In this document: piece after piece, positions 9,640-18,880 of the stretch
Layout: the number at the start of each line of letters is the position of its first letter
Numbering within the stretch: the first letter of the stretch is position 1
Assembly (NCBI GenBank): GCA_029259725.1
Contig: JAJDER010000037.1
Location: 4,972 to 68,971, forward strand
Length of the DNA: 64,000 nt
Reading direction: 5' to 3'
From: Planctomycetota bacterium
GTDB taxonomy: Bacteria; Planctomycetota; B15-G4
Program-made: the position numbers and the translations under genes
The notes under the pieces: model-generated
Databases searched by the model: none
The model's input: the letters and a program-made list of their open reading frames with translations, nothing else
Told to the model about the DNA's origin: nothing

Positions 9640-11442
9640 TCAGCCCTCGAGGCCGGTCCCCGCGGTGTGCCGATCCCGTCGTGTCGCGAGGCAGCCCTCG
9701 ATGCAGAGCCAGACGGCCAGCACCAGCAGGACGGCACCGACGACGACCAGCGGCGTCTCGCCCCGATCGACGAAGGTCCGCAGGTTCCCGACCATGGCGA
9801 TCAGCGTGCTGCCCAGCATGAAGAACATCGGGAGCGCGGTCATCCACACCGGCTTGGAGCGGCGGGCCAGGTAACGCGTGGCCAGCAGCAGCGTCAGGCC
9901 CGCGAGAAGCTGGTTCGTGGTGCCGAAGAGCTGCCAGAGCGCCATGCCCGCCTGTCGCGTGGTCACGGTCACGCTGCCATCGGCCGCGATGGCCTCCTCA
10001 CGCAACTCGTAGAAGCAGAAGAAGCCGATCGCGGCGACGGCGACCACCGACGACAGGTAGCGGTTGGGCACCCAGCCGCGTCCGCGCCGGCGGCGCGCGG
10101 ACTCCAGGATCTCCTCGACGTTGTAGCGCAGCAGCCGCGTGGCCGAGTCCAGTGTGGTCAGGGCGAAGGACACCACCACCACCGCGACGAACGAGCGGGC
10201 CACGTCGGTCTCGAGCCCGAACTCGGTCAGGAAGGAAGCGCCGCCGTCGATGAAGTTGGCGAGTGCGGCACCGGGCGACTTGATCGCGTGCCAGGAGTGG
10301 TACAGACCGCCACCCTCCCAGCCCGCCGAGCGGATCACGCCCGCCGTGCAGGCCACCACCGCGATCAGCGCGAGCAGCGACTCGCCGACCATGCCGCCGT
10401 AGCCGATGGGCCGGGCGTGCGTCTCGTTGTCCAGTTGCTTGGCCGTCGTTCCCGAACTCACAAGCGCATGGAAGCCGCTCGCGGCCCCGCAGGCGATGGT
10501 GATGAACACGAACGGCAGCATCGGAGGCGCTCCGTCGGGATGGGCGACGATCGGCGGGGCCTCGAAGTCGTTCCCCGAGAGGAAGAAACCGGCGTACATC
10601 CCGGCCAGGCCGAGGTAGAGCAGCAGGGAGTTGATGAAGTCGCGCGGCTGCAGCAGGGACCAGACGGGGAGCACCGAGGCCAGGAAGCCGTAGAAGAGCA
10701 GCGCGCCCTTGAGCGATCCCGCACTGGGCCACTGTTCGGCGGTGATGCCGAGAGTGCCCGCCCGCACCGCGACGACGATCAAGCCGAGCAGCATCAGGAA
10801 TCCGACGCAGGCCGCGGGGCCGAGCCGGAACAGTCCGCGATGCAGCCCCAGCCCGATCGCGGCCGCCACGACCATCAGGCCGACGGATGGAAGGATCGCC
10901 TGGGGATACGCGCCGTGGGCGAAGAGCCCGGCGATGGCGATGACGAACACGCCCATCGCCAGTGCCACGCCGAAGAAGATGATCAGGTGGAAGAGGGACT
11001 TGGCGCGTGTGCCGAGCAGGACCTCCGCGATCGAGCCCACCGAGCGCCCGTCGTGACGCACCGACAACACGAGCGCCGAGAAGTCGTGCACGCAGCCCAC
11101 GAACAGCGCACCCAGCACGACCCAGATCAGCGCCGGGACCCAGCCCCAGATCACGGCGACCGCCGGGCCGAGCATGGGCGCCAGCCCGGTGATCGACGCG
11201 AAGTGGTGCCCGAACAGCACGGACGGCCGCGTGGGCACGAAGTCGATGTCATCCTGGAATCGGTGCGCCGGTGTCGCCGCCGCCGGATCCAGCTCGAACA
11301 GCTTGCGCGCCAGCCAGCGCGAGTAGACGACGTATCCCGCCGCGTACGCCGCCAGACACAGGGCGACGGCGACCGCTGCGGTCAAGGCCGCGGACTCAGG
11401 GCAGGCTGGGCCGCAGGGCGTCCACCACGACGACCGGGCCAC
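9640..11442 (-). CDS. cstA: Carbon starvation protein CstA (peptide/pyruvate transporter family)
   Basis: The ORF is 600 aa and polytopic. The N-terminal YSRWLARKLFELD...TPAHRFQDDIDFVPT...LFGHHFASITGLAPMLGPA stretch is diagnostic of CstA. The true start may be TTG at 11385, which would remove the 47-nt overlap with the upstream gene. Confidence 0.9.
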   Translation of the reverse strand: MARSSWWTPCGPACPESAALTAAVAVALCLAAYAAGYVVYSRWLARKLFELDPAAATPAHRFQDDIDFVPTRPSVLFGHHFASITGLAPMLGPAVAVIWGWVPALIWVVLGALFVGCVHDFSALVLSVRHDGRSVGSIAEVLLGTRAKSLFHLIIFFGVALAMGVFVIAIAGLFAHGAYPQAILPSVGLMVVAAAIGLGLHRGLFRLGPAACVGFLMLLGLIVVAVRAGTLGITAEQWPSAGSLKGALLFYGFLASVLPVWSLLQPRDFINSLLLYLGLAGMYAGFFLSGNDFEAPPIVAHPDGAPPMLPFVFITIACGAASGFHALVSSGTTAKQLDNETHARPIGYGGMVGESLLALIAVVACTAGVIRSAGWEGGGLYHSWHAIKSPGAALANFIDGGASFLTEFGLETDVARSFVAVVVVSFALTTLDSATRLLRYNVEEILESARRRRGRGWVPNRYLSSVVAVAAIGFFCFYELREEAIAADGSVTVTTRQAGMALWQLFGTTNQLLAGLTLLLATRYLARRSKPVWMTALPMFFMLGSTLIAMVGNLRTFVDRGETPLVVVGAVLLVLAVWLCIEGCLATRRDRHTAGTGLEG

Positions 11443-12493
11443 TCACGGCGGCGAGGAACAGCTGCCGGCCTTCGACCTCCACGTTGCGATCGACCCAGCG
11501 GGTCAGGTCGGCCACGCCGGGCGCGGCGGTGAGCTTGACCCGGGTGCCGTCGACCAGTGACAGCGCGTACACCGACGCACCGCCCTCGCCGAGATGCCGC
11601 TCGAGCCGCCCCCTCCGGACGATCGGATCGCCCCGTCCCTGGTAGCGCAAGCCGAGGTCGAGCACGCGTGACTCGCGCGCGATGGACTGCGCCTCGAGAT
11701 CCTGCTGCCGCCGGATCTCCTCCAGGCTGCGCTCCACCTTCGCGCGGACTTCGGACACCTGCGACAGGCGTCCGCGCACGTCGGCGATGACCCGCCGACT
11801 CTCGTCCCAGTTCGCCCGCGACGCGAACGTGTCGAGCTGGCTGCGCCGCGCGGCGATGTCGGACTCCGACAACGTGGAGAAGTCCTGTTGCGCGAGTTCG
11901 AGCAATTCGTTCAGCAGGCGATCCTGCTCCTGCCACTCGGGGTGTCGGGCGCGCCAGGCGAGCACCTCCTCGTTCTGTCGGACACCGCGCGTGTCACGCA
12001 GCGCGCCGAAGCGCAGCACCGAGGCGGCGTCATCGACGCCGACGAGTTGCTCGGGATCCGTGTAGAGCGGCAGCGCCAGCGGCGCCAGCACACGCACCCA
12101 GGCGCCCTCTTCATCGAGCAGCACGAACGGTCCGCCCGGATCGACCTGTCCCACCGGCAGGTTGCCGACCGTGGCCGGGAGCAGCCGCGCGTTGACGCGC
12201 TCCCCCTCGACCCAGACCTGACGCGCTTCGGCGGCCACGCGCACGAAGTCGCGGTGGAAGTAGACCGGGAAGCCCTGGGGCACGAAGACCTGGCTGTGCA
12301 GGCCCTGGGACTCGCCCACGCGGAGCACGGTGGTCTCGTCCACGGCCAGGACCCCGAGGAAGTTCGGGCCGGGGCCGGAGCGCAGGGTGGTGCCGGCCTT
12401 GGGGCGGGCGAAATGACTGCCGGGCAGGGGGAGCGCGTCCTGCGGCCCGACACTCGCCAGGATCAGGGTGAAGCAAGCGGTCAGAACCATCAT
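11396..12493 (-). CDS. Secreted hypothetical protein with SH3b-like N-terminal repeats and a central coiled coil
   Basis: 365 aa. It has an N-terminal hydrophobic signal (MMVLTACFTLILASV). Two segments resemble bacterial SH3 domains (AGTTLRSGPG...VLRVGES...; VNARLLPATVGNLPVGQV...WVRVLAP). There is a heptad-rich Glu/Arg/Leu middle region. No enzyme motif was recognised. Confidence 0.65.
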   Translation of the reverse strand: MMVLTACFTLILASVGPQDALPLPGSHFARPKAGTTLRSGPGPNFLGVLAVDETTVLRVGESQGLHSQVFVPQGFPVYFHRDFVRVAAEARQVWVEGERVNARLLPATVGNLPVGQVDPGGPFVLLDEEGAWVRVLAPLALPLYTDPEQLVGVDDAASVLRFGALRDTRGVRQNEEVLAWRARHPEWQEQDRLLNELLELAQQDFSTLSESDIAARRSQLDTFASRANWDESRRVIADVRGRLSQVSEVRAKVERSLEEIRRQQDLEAQSIARESRVLDLGLRYQGRGDPIVRRGRLERHLGEGGASVYALSLVDGTRVKLTAAPGVADLTRWVDRNVEVEGRQLFLAAVSGPVVVVDALRPSLP

Positions 12494-12546
12494 GCATGGG
12501 ATCTTATCGAAAGACCGGGCCGCATCGCAGCCGATATGGTGGGGCC

Positions 12547-14262
12547 ATGCTCCTGCCCCTGCCCCTGCTCATCGGCCTGCTCCTGCTCCCCCACGGGGGG
12601 CAGTACCAGCTCCCGCTCGAACTCACGCCGCCGGATGGCAGCGGCGAGGCCGGGGAGACCCTGGTCCTGGCCCAGCCCGGGCAGGGCCCGGTGGTCGCCT
12701 TCGAGGCGTCGCGCTGGGAGTGGTGGTTCGATTTCAACGAGGCCGAGCTGCTCGACATCAAGCGCCGCCTGCCGCGCCGCGCCGGGACCCGCAGCCACAG
12801 CCCGGTCACCGGGGCCGACCGGCTGCAGCGGGTCCTGCCCGTGCTCGTGGATTCCCTGCGGACGGACGGCGCGGCCACGGCGGCCCGCATCGCCGGAACG
12901 GAGGCGGTCGGCATCATCTCGACGCCCAACAAGCGTGATGTGCGCGCCTCGGCAGCCATGGCGCTGGGTCGGCTCCAGATGAGCGACGCGGTGCCGTACA
13001 TCGCCTACGTCGCCGAGGGCGACCCGGACCTGTTCGTGCGCACCCAGGCCACGCTGGCCCTGGGCGTGTCCGGCGTCCCCCAGGCCACCGAGGTGCTCGC
13101 GCGTCTGTATCGCGACGCCGACGTCACCGAGGAGATCCGCGTCTACGCCGCCGTCGGCCTCGCCCTCGACAACAGCGCCTACGCGGTCGACGTCCTGCAC
13201 GGGTCGCTGACCGAGAAGCGGCTGGAGGCCATGCCGCACCAACTGCGCATCGGCACGCTCTACGCGGCCGGGCTGTGCGGCAATCCGCTGCTCGGTCCGC
13301 CGCTCCGGGAGCTGTCCGGCAGCTGGCTGTGGCGACGCCAGCCCGAGGTGCGCGCCCTGGCCGCGACGGCTCTGGGCGGCATCCAGGACCCCGAGGCCGT
13401 GCCCTTCCTGATCGATCTGCTCACCGAGTCGAACAACCAGGTTCGCCGCTCGGCCGCCGAGGCCCTGGCTGGAAACCGCGTTTCGCTCGACGACGCGACC
13501 GCGCGCTTGCTGATCCACTTCTACCGCAACGAGAGCGACATCGCCGCGCGCATCAACCTGGCCCACGCGCTGGCTCGCGCCGGCACCGACGAGAGTTCCC
13601 GTTTCCTGCGCGGTGCCTTCCTCGACGCGCCCTTCATGCTGCGCGGTCACCTGGCGCTTGCACTGGGCATCGACGGAGCCGGCGAGAATGGCGCCGTCCT
13701 GCTGGACGCGCTCGACCGCGCCCGCGACACGTCGATGCAAGGTGCGCTGAGCCTGGCTCTGGGCCTGCTCGGTACGAGCGACGCCGTCGCTCCGGTCCGC
13801 GAACTCCTGGCGACCACGGGAGCCCCGCTGGTCCGGGGCTACGCCGGCGTCGCGCTGGGCCTGCTCCAGCCGGACGGCACCGAGGACGGCGCCCTGCTCG
13901 AGAACCTGCTCACCAACGAACACGATCCCGAGACGATCCGACTGCTGGCCCTGGGCCTGGCCCTGCTCGGGGAGCGCGAGCGCCTCGACGGCCTGGCCGC
14001 CCAGCTGTCGACCGTCGCCTCGACCCTCGACCGCGCCGCCTGGGCCTTCAGCCTCGGGCAGGCTTCGGACCGCGCGGCCCTCGACCCGTTGCTCGGGGTC
14101 ATCGAGGATGCCCGCCACCCGACCTACGTCCGCGCCTACGCGATCCAGGCCCTGGGCGAGGTCTCCGATCCACGCTTCCTGTCGCCGCTCTCGCGGCTGA
14201 CGCGGCACGTCTCGATGGACCTCGACATCGGGCACCTGTTCGAGCTGTACGGCACGCTCTAG
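12547..14262 (+). CDS. HEAT-repeat (PBS-lyase HEAT-like) protein, N-terminal signal/anchor
   Basis: This is the in-frame part of ORF 12496..14262, starting at ATG 12547 (MLLPLPLLIGLLLLP). It has more than 10 repeats of about 30 aa of the type VRxxAAxALGxxxxxxAvPxLxxlL, as in VRASAAMALGRLQMSDAVPYI, VRALAATALGGIQDPEAVPFLIDLL and VRAYAIQALGEVSDPRFLSPL. Confidence 0.75.
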   Translation: MLLPLPLLIGLLLLPHGGQYQLPLELTPPDGSGEAGETLVLAQPGQGPVVAFEASRWEWWFDFNEAELLDIKRRLPRRAGTRSHSPVTGADRLQRVLPVLVDSLRTDGAATAARIAGTEAVGIISTPNKRDVRASAAMALGRLQMSDAVPYIAYVAEGDPDLFVRTQATLALGVSGVPQATEVLARLYRDADVTEEIRVYAAVGLALDNSAYAVDVLHGSLTEKRLEAMPHQLRIGTLYAAGLCGNPLLGPPLRELSGSWLWRRQPEVRALAATALGGIQDPEAVPFLIDLLTESNNQVRRSAAEALAGNRVSLDDATARLLIHFYRNESDIAARINLAHALARAGTDESSRFLRGAFLDAPFMLRGHLALALGIDGAGENGAVLLDALDRARDTSMQGALSLALGLLGTSDAVAPVRELLATTGAPLVRGYAGVALGLLQPDGTEDGALLENLLTNEHDPETIRLLALGLALLGERERLDGLAAQLSTVASTLDRAAWAFSLGQASDRAALDPLLGVIEDARHPTYVRAYAIQALGEVSDPRFLSPLSRLTRHVSMDLDIGHLFELYGTL

Positions 14263-14285
14263 CAGCCCCCGCTCCCGGCCAACAC

Positions 14286-15464
14286 TCACGCCGTGGCGCG
14301 GGCGCCTTCCAGGAAGGCCGCGAAGCGTCGCAGCGCCTCCTCGATGTTGTCCACCGAGTTCGCGTAGCTGAAACGCAGATAGCCTTCCCCCTCGGCGCCG
14401 AACGAGGTGCCCGTCAACGCGGCCACGCCGGCCTCGTCGAGCAGCCGTGTCGCGAGTTCCCGGCTCTTGAAGCCGGTACCCTTGATGTTCGGGAACACGT
14501 AGAAGGCGCCGTCGGGGCGCAGGCAACTCACGCCCTCGATCGCGTTGAGCCCATCGACGATCACGTCCCGCCGCCGCTGGAACTCGGCCACCATCGTGTC
14601 CACGTCGTCCTGCGGGCCGGTCAGCGCCTCGACGCCGGCCATCTGCGTCATCGCCGCGGTGCAGCTCGTCGCATTGGTCTGCAGGCGCGCCATGGGCGCC
14701 ACGAAGTCCGCCGGACACAGCGCGTAGCCGAGGCGCCACCCGGTCATCGCGTAGGTCTTGGAGAACCCGTCGAGCACCACGATCCTCGACGGGTCGCCGT
14801 AGCGCAGCACCGTGTCGTGCTCGGCGCCGTAGAGCATGCGGCTGTAGATCTCGTCGGCGAGGATCCAGAAGCCCTTCTCGACCTGCAGCTCGCCGACCTT
14901 GCGCAGGTCCTCGCTGGTGAGCACTCCGCCGGTGGGGTTCTGCGGCGAGTTCAGGATCAACAGCTTGGTCTTGTCCGTGACCAGGCTGGCGAGTTCGTCG
15001 GTGTCCAGTCGGAAGGCGCGGTCCTCGCGCAGCGGCAGCGGCACGGCCTCGGCGCCGACGAACCGGATCATCGACTCGTAGATCGGGAACCCGGGGTTCG
15101 GGTAGATCGCCTCGTCGCCCGCCTCGAGCAGCGCCATGAGCATGAAGAACATGACCGGCTTGCCACCCGGATAGACGACCACCTGCTCGGAGCGCATGGG
15201 CACGCCGCGGCGGGTGGCGAAGTCGTGGGCGATGGCCTCGCGCAGGGCCGGCAGCCCTGGCGACGGACCGTAGTGGGTGAAGCCGTCGTCGAGTGCCCGC
15301 TTCGCGGCCTCCACGATGTTCTTGGGCGTGTCGAAGTCGGGCTCGCCGATCTCGAGATGGACGATGTGCTTGCCCTGGGCCTCGAGGGCCTTGGCACGGG
15401 CGAGGACTTCGAAGGCCGTCTCGGTCCCGAGGCGGCCCATGCGCTGCGCGAGGTCGGTGGTCAT
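14286..15464 (-). CDS. Class I/II pyridoxal-phosphate aminotransferase (aspartate/aromatic aminotransferase-like)
   Basis: This is the in-frame part of ORF 14286..15641, starting at ATG 15464 (MTTDLAQRM). Motifs include HLEIGEPDFDTP, LNSPQNPTG and the PLP-lysine motif GFSKTYAMTGWRLGY. Confidence 0.9.
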   Translation of the reverse strand: MTTDLAQRMGRLGTETAFEVLARAKALEAQGKHIVHLEIGEPDFDTPKNIVEAAKRALDDGFTHYGPSPGLPALREAIAHDFATRRGVPMRSEQVVVYPGGKPVMFFMLMALLEAGDEAIYPNPGFPIYESMIRFVGAEAVPLPLREDRAFRLDTDELASLVTDKTKLLILNSPQNPTGGVLTSEDLRKVGELQVEKGFWILADEIYSRMLYGAEHDTVLRYGDPSRIVVLDGFSKTYAMTGWRLGYALCPADFVAPMARLQTNATSCTAAMTQMAGVEALTGPQDDVDTMVAEFQRRRDVIVDGLNAIEGVSCLRPDGAFYVFPNIKGTGFKSRELATRLLDEAGVAALTGTSFGAEGEGYLRFSYANSVDNIEEALRRFAAFLEGARATA

Positions 15465-15564
15465 GGCGGGCAGCCTAGGGGCGGACCGATTCCCGGTCAA
15501 CGTCGGTTGGACTCGCCTCTCCGGTCGGACCACAATCCGCGGCCATGAACCGCGGGCGCACGCC

Positions 15565-16848
15565 ATGAGACGGGACGACGAGGCCCGCGGCGGGTCCGGC
15601 ACGCGGGGCACCGGCCCCGGCGCGTCGCTGCAGGACGCCACCGACCGCGTCGTGCGGCGCTTCCGCTGGTATCTGGCCTTCGCCTTCGCGTATGCCTGGA
15701 TCCCCGTGATGTACGCGGCCTTCGTGCGAGATCGCGGCTTCTCCGGGGAACAGTACGGGCGCCTCTGGGCGGTGTACTACGTCGCCATGGTCGTGGCCGA
15801 GATCCCCTGGGGCTGGATCGCCGACCGCTTCGGGCACCGGCACCTGCTCGTGGTCGGGCCCTTCTGGCTGGCCGGCTCGTTCCTCGTGCTCGGACACAGC
15901 CGCGACTTCTCCTGGTGCGCGGCGGCCATGGCCGCCACCGGTGCCGGACACGCCATGATCTCGGGCGCCGACTCGGCCTACCTGTACGACACCCTGGCCG
16001 GAGGTGGTCGTCGCGCGGATGCGCTGCAGCAGGAGACCGTCGCTCACCGGTGGCGGCTGTTCGGCGTGTCGATCGTGGACGTCGCCGGCGGCTTCGTCGC
16101 CGTGGCCCTGGGGACCACCGCGAGCTTCGACCTGTCCGCGGCGATCATGCTGGTCGCCGGGTGCATCGCGCTGACGCTGCCCGTGCCGCGTCCCGTGCCC
16201 GGTGCGGGCCCCAAGGCGCCTCCGACGCTGGCCGGTGCGCGCGCGGCCTTCTCGCTTCCCGGCGTGGTCTGGGTCTTCGCCTGGTACATGGCCGTCTTCG
16301 TGCTGCTGCGGGTGGGGTTCCAGCTCTACCAGCCGACCCTGTTCAGGGAGGGGCTCGAGGATCTGCGCCTGCACGGGGTGTTGCTCGGCCTGCTGAACCT
16401 GGTGGCGGCCCTGGCCGCGTACCTGGTGATGCGCGTGTACGGCGGCCTGCGCGAACGCGGGACGGCGGCATTCGTGCTCGCGCTGCTGGCCAGCTCCTTC
16501 ATCGGCCTGGGGCTCTTCGATCATGGCCGGGGAGGCGTGTTGGCCTTCGTCGTCATCGCGGGGCTGTGTTCGCTGCAGCAGGTGAGCTTCGCCTTCCTGC
16601 AACCGATCGGGCGCACCGCCCTGAATCGCCGCATCCCGTCCACCGAGCGCGCCTCGATGCTGTCGGCCCAGAGCGTCGCCGCGCGCCTCGGCTTCAGTCT
16701 CGTCCTGGCCGTCGCGCCGTGGGACGTGGCCTTCGGCTCGGGGATGGACCGGGCCTATGCATGGCTCGCCGGGCTGGCCGGCGTGGCGCTGCTGGCGCTC
16801 TGGGTCTCCCATCCGTCGCGCCGCGGCGTGCTCCACGACGACGCTTGA
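15565..16848 (+). CDS. MFS transporter
   Basis: This is the in-frame part of ORF 15277..16848, starting at ATG 15565. About 12 hydrophobic helices are visible. It has the MFS loop motif GWIADRFGHRHLLVVG. Substrate is unknown. Confidence 0.8.
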   Translation: MRRDDEARGGSGTRGTGPGASLQDATDRVVRRFRWYLAFAFAYAWIPVMYAAFVRDRGFSGEQYGRLWAVYYVAMVVAEIPWGWIADRFGHRHLLVVGPFWLAGSFLVLGHSRDFSWCAAAMAATGAGHAMISGADSAYLYDTLAGGGRRADALQQETVAHRWRLFGVSIVDVAGGFVAVALGTTASFDLSAAIMLVAGCIALTLPVPRPVPGAGPKAPPTLAGARAAFSLPGVVWVFAWYMAVFVLLRVGFQLYQPTLFREGLEDLRLHGVLLGLLNLVAALAAYLVMRVYGGLRERGTAAFVLALLASSFIGLGLFDHGRGGVLAFVVIAGLCSLQQVSFAFLQPIGRTALNRRIPSTERASMLSAQSVAARLGFSLVLAVAPWDVAFGSGMDRAYAWLAGLAGVALLALWVSHPSRRGVLHDDA

Positions 16849-16882
16849 ATCAGCCCCGGACGACGGGCAGTCTGTTCAGACC

Positions 16883-17968
16883 TTGAAGCCCAAAACGACC
16901 CTGCCATTCGTCCTGTTCGTGTTGCTGCTCGGAGCCTGCGTCGAGTTCCCCACGAAACCCAGGAAGGCCGGGCCCGTGATCTCCCCCACGAGCAACTCGC
17001 CCGAGGCCGTGCTGGCCCGCAGCGAACTCGTGCAGGCCAGGGCCCAACTCGGCGCCGGCCGTCCCACCAGCGCGTTGCTGACGCTGTCGAGCGCGCGCTC
17101 GCGCATCGGCACCAGTGCGCCCGACCTGTTGCGCGACATCCTCGTCACCTGGGGTGATGCCAACATGGCGCTGGATCACCACGTGCGCGCGATCGACAAC
17201 TACGAGGACGCCCTGGCCACCGGGAACGTCCCCGATGAAGACCTGGCCGACCTGTACTACCGCATGTACATCGCGCGGCGGGCGTCGGGCGATCCCAAGG
17301 CCGGAACCTGGAAGGTCAAGGTGCGCCCGGCGCGTCCCGCCCTGCTCGCGGACCTCGAGCATCGGCTCTCCGGTGGTCGCGTCACTGGCAGCATGCCGTC
17401 GCGGGCGCTCTCGAGCGGCTCGATCCCCAGCGATCCGCGGGCCCTTCTGGCCGACATCCGGCCGCGCCGCGACTGGGGCGCGAAGGCGATCGAGGGCAGC
17501 TACGTCGCGATGGGCTTCGTGGACCGCATCACCGTGCACCATGCGGCCTGCTGCGCGGCGACCTCGTCGAGCGCCGCCGCCCAGAGCCTGCGCGCGATCC
17601 AGTCCGAGCACCAGGACGGCAACGGCTGGGCCGACATCGGCTACCACTTCCTGCTGGATCAGAACGGCACGATCTGGGAAGGCCGGGAGCTGCGCTGGCA
17701 AGGTGCTCACGCGGGCAACAGCACGTTGAACCGCGGCAACCTCGGCATCTGCCTGCTGGGGAACTTCGAGGACGAGCTGCTCCTCGCTCCGCAGCGGCGC
17801 GCGCTGCAACGCCTGCTCGACACCGCGGCCGGTCAGTTCGACGTGCCGCGAGGGCGCGTCTACACGCACCGCGAACTCAAGCAGGGCACGGCCTGCCCGG
17901 GCACGCACCTGCAGCGCTTCATGGACGACTACCGCCGGGCCGGGACGCCTTCCCTGGCCCTCCAGTAG
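16883..17968 (+). CDS. N-acetylmuramoyl-L-alanine amidase (Amidase_2/PGRP domain) lipoprotein with helical N-terminal region
   Basis: The C-terminus has the Amidase_2 signature ITVHHAA...GWADIGYHFLLDQNGTIWEGR...GAHAGN...NLGICLLGNF...YTHRELKQGTACPG. The ATG at 16757 lies inside the preceding MFS gene. TTG 16883 gives a lipoprotein signal (KPKTTLPFVLFVLLLGAC), so the start is uncertain. Confidence 0.8.
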   Translation: MKPKTTLPFVLFVLLLGACVEFPTKPRKAGPVISPTSNSPEAVLARSELVQARAQLGAGRPTSALLTLSSARSRIGTSAPDLLRDILVTWGDANMALDHHVRAIDNYEDALATGNVPDEDLADLYYRMYIARRASGDPKAGTWKVKVRPARPALLADLEHRLSGGRVTGSMPSRALSSGSIPSDPRALLADIRPRRDWGAKAIEGSYVAMGFVDRITVHHAACCAATSSSAAAQSLRAIQSEHQDGNGWADIGYHFLLDQNGTIWEGRELRWQGAHAGNSTLNRGNLGICLLGNFEDELLLAPQRRALQRLLDTAAGQFDVPRGRVYTHRELKQGTACPGTHLQRFMDDYRRAGTPSLALQ

Positions 17969-18879
17969 TCGAGCACCTCGCGCAGGGTCGCCGGACCGTC
18001 GAAGCTCCCGCTCCAGCCGGTGTGTTCGCGGAGACGCGCGGCGCTCCCGGCGAAGATCGGCACATCCGAGGCGCGCATGCGCGCGGGATCCCGCTGGACG
18101 TCGATGGTGCGTTCGGTGGCTGCGAGCAGCAGCTCGAGCAACTGCGCGATGGAGAGCGTCGCGCCGCAGGTCACGTTGTAGGCGACTCCCGCGTGGCCCC
18201 GTTCGGCCAGGGCGATGTAGGCCGCCACGGTGTCGCGTACGTGGGAGAAGTCGCGCACCGCGTCGAGATTGCCCACGCGCATGACGGGCTCCTGGGTCCC
18301 CGCCTCGATGCGCGCGATCTGGCGCGCGAAGGCCGAGGCCACGAAGTCCTCCGACTGGCCGGGGCCGATGTGGTTGAAGGGCCGGGCCACGACCACGTCG
18401 AGCCCGCGTTGGAAGGCCAGGCCCGCGGCCAGCTCGGCGCAGGCCTTGCTCAGCGCGTACACGGTGGCCGGGCGTACCGGCGCGTCCTCGGTCACGGGCA
18501 CCTCGTCGGCGGCCACCGGGCCGTAGACCTCCGCGCTCGAGACCACCAGCACCCGGCTGCCGGGCGTGGTGTCGAGCACGGCATCGAGCACCGCGCGCGT
18601 GCCACCGAGGTTGACCGCCAGGCAGGTGTCGGCGGCCCGCTCGGCCTTGCCGACGTGGGCGAATCCCGCCAGGTGGAAGACCACGTCCGGGCGCGCGTCG
18701 GCCAGCACCGCCTCCACGGCGTGGACCTGGGTCACGTCGAGGACCAGGCCCCGGGCCGGAGCCGGCAGGTCCTCGGGCGGCTCGAGCGACGTCGCCCAGA
18801 CCTCGTGCCCGGCTGACGTCAGCGCACGCACGAGGTGGCCACCCGCGAAGCCGGCGGCCCCCGTCACGAGGGCGCGCAC
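17929..18879 (-). CDS. NAD(P)-dependent sugar-nucleotide reductase/epimerase, GDP-6-deoxy-D-mannose reductase (Rmd)-like
   Basis: 316 aa. It has the Rossmann motif MRALVTGAAGFAGGHL and the SDR YxxxK (YALSKACAE). It lies 1 nt downstream of gmd on the same strand. An Rmd versus fucose-synthase type activity cannot be distinguished by eye. Confidence 0.75.
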   Translation of the reverse strand: MRALVTGAAGFAGGHLVRALTSAGHEVWATSLEPPEDLPAPARGLVLDVTQVHAVEAVLADARPDVVFHLAGFAHVGKAERAADTCLAVNLGGTRAVLDAVLDTTPGSRVLVVSSAEVYGPVAADEVPVTEDAPVRPATVYALSKACAELAAGLAFQRGLDVVVARPFNHIGPGQSEDFVASAFARQIARIEAGTQEPVMRVGNLDAVRDFSHVRDTVAAYIALAERGHAGVAYNVTCGATLSIAQLLELLLAATERTIDVQRDPARMRASDVPIFAGSAARLREHTGWSGSFDGPATLREVLDYWRAREGVPARR

Positions 18880-18880
18880 T

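Noticed and set aside
12490-14739. A 749-aa minus-strand ORF and a 757-aa plus-strand ORF (13275..15548) overlapping the HEAT-repeat and aminotransferase genes
   Set aside because: They are high-GC shadow ORFs. They cross two real genes on different strands and have no recognisable motifs.
15507-15536. A sigma70-like promoter (TTGGAC, 18-nt spacer, CACAAT) upstream of the MFS transporter gene
   Set aside because: It is only a weak match, with a non-optimal spacer, in a lineage whose promoter consensus I do not know. It is not strong enough to annotate.
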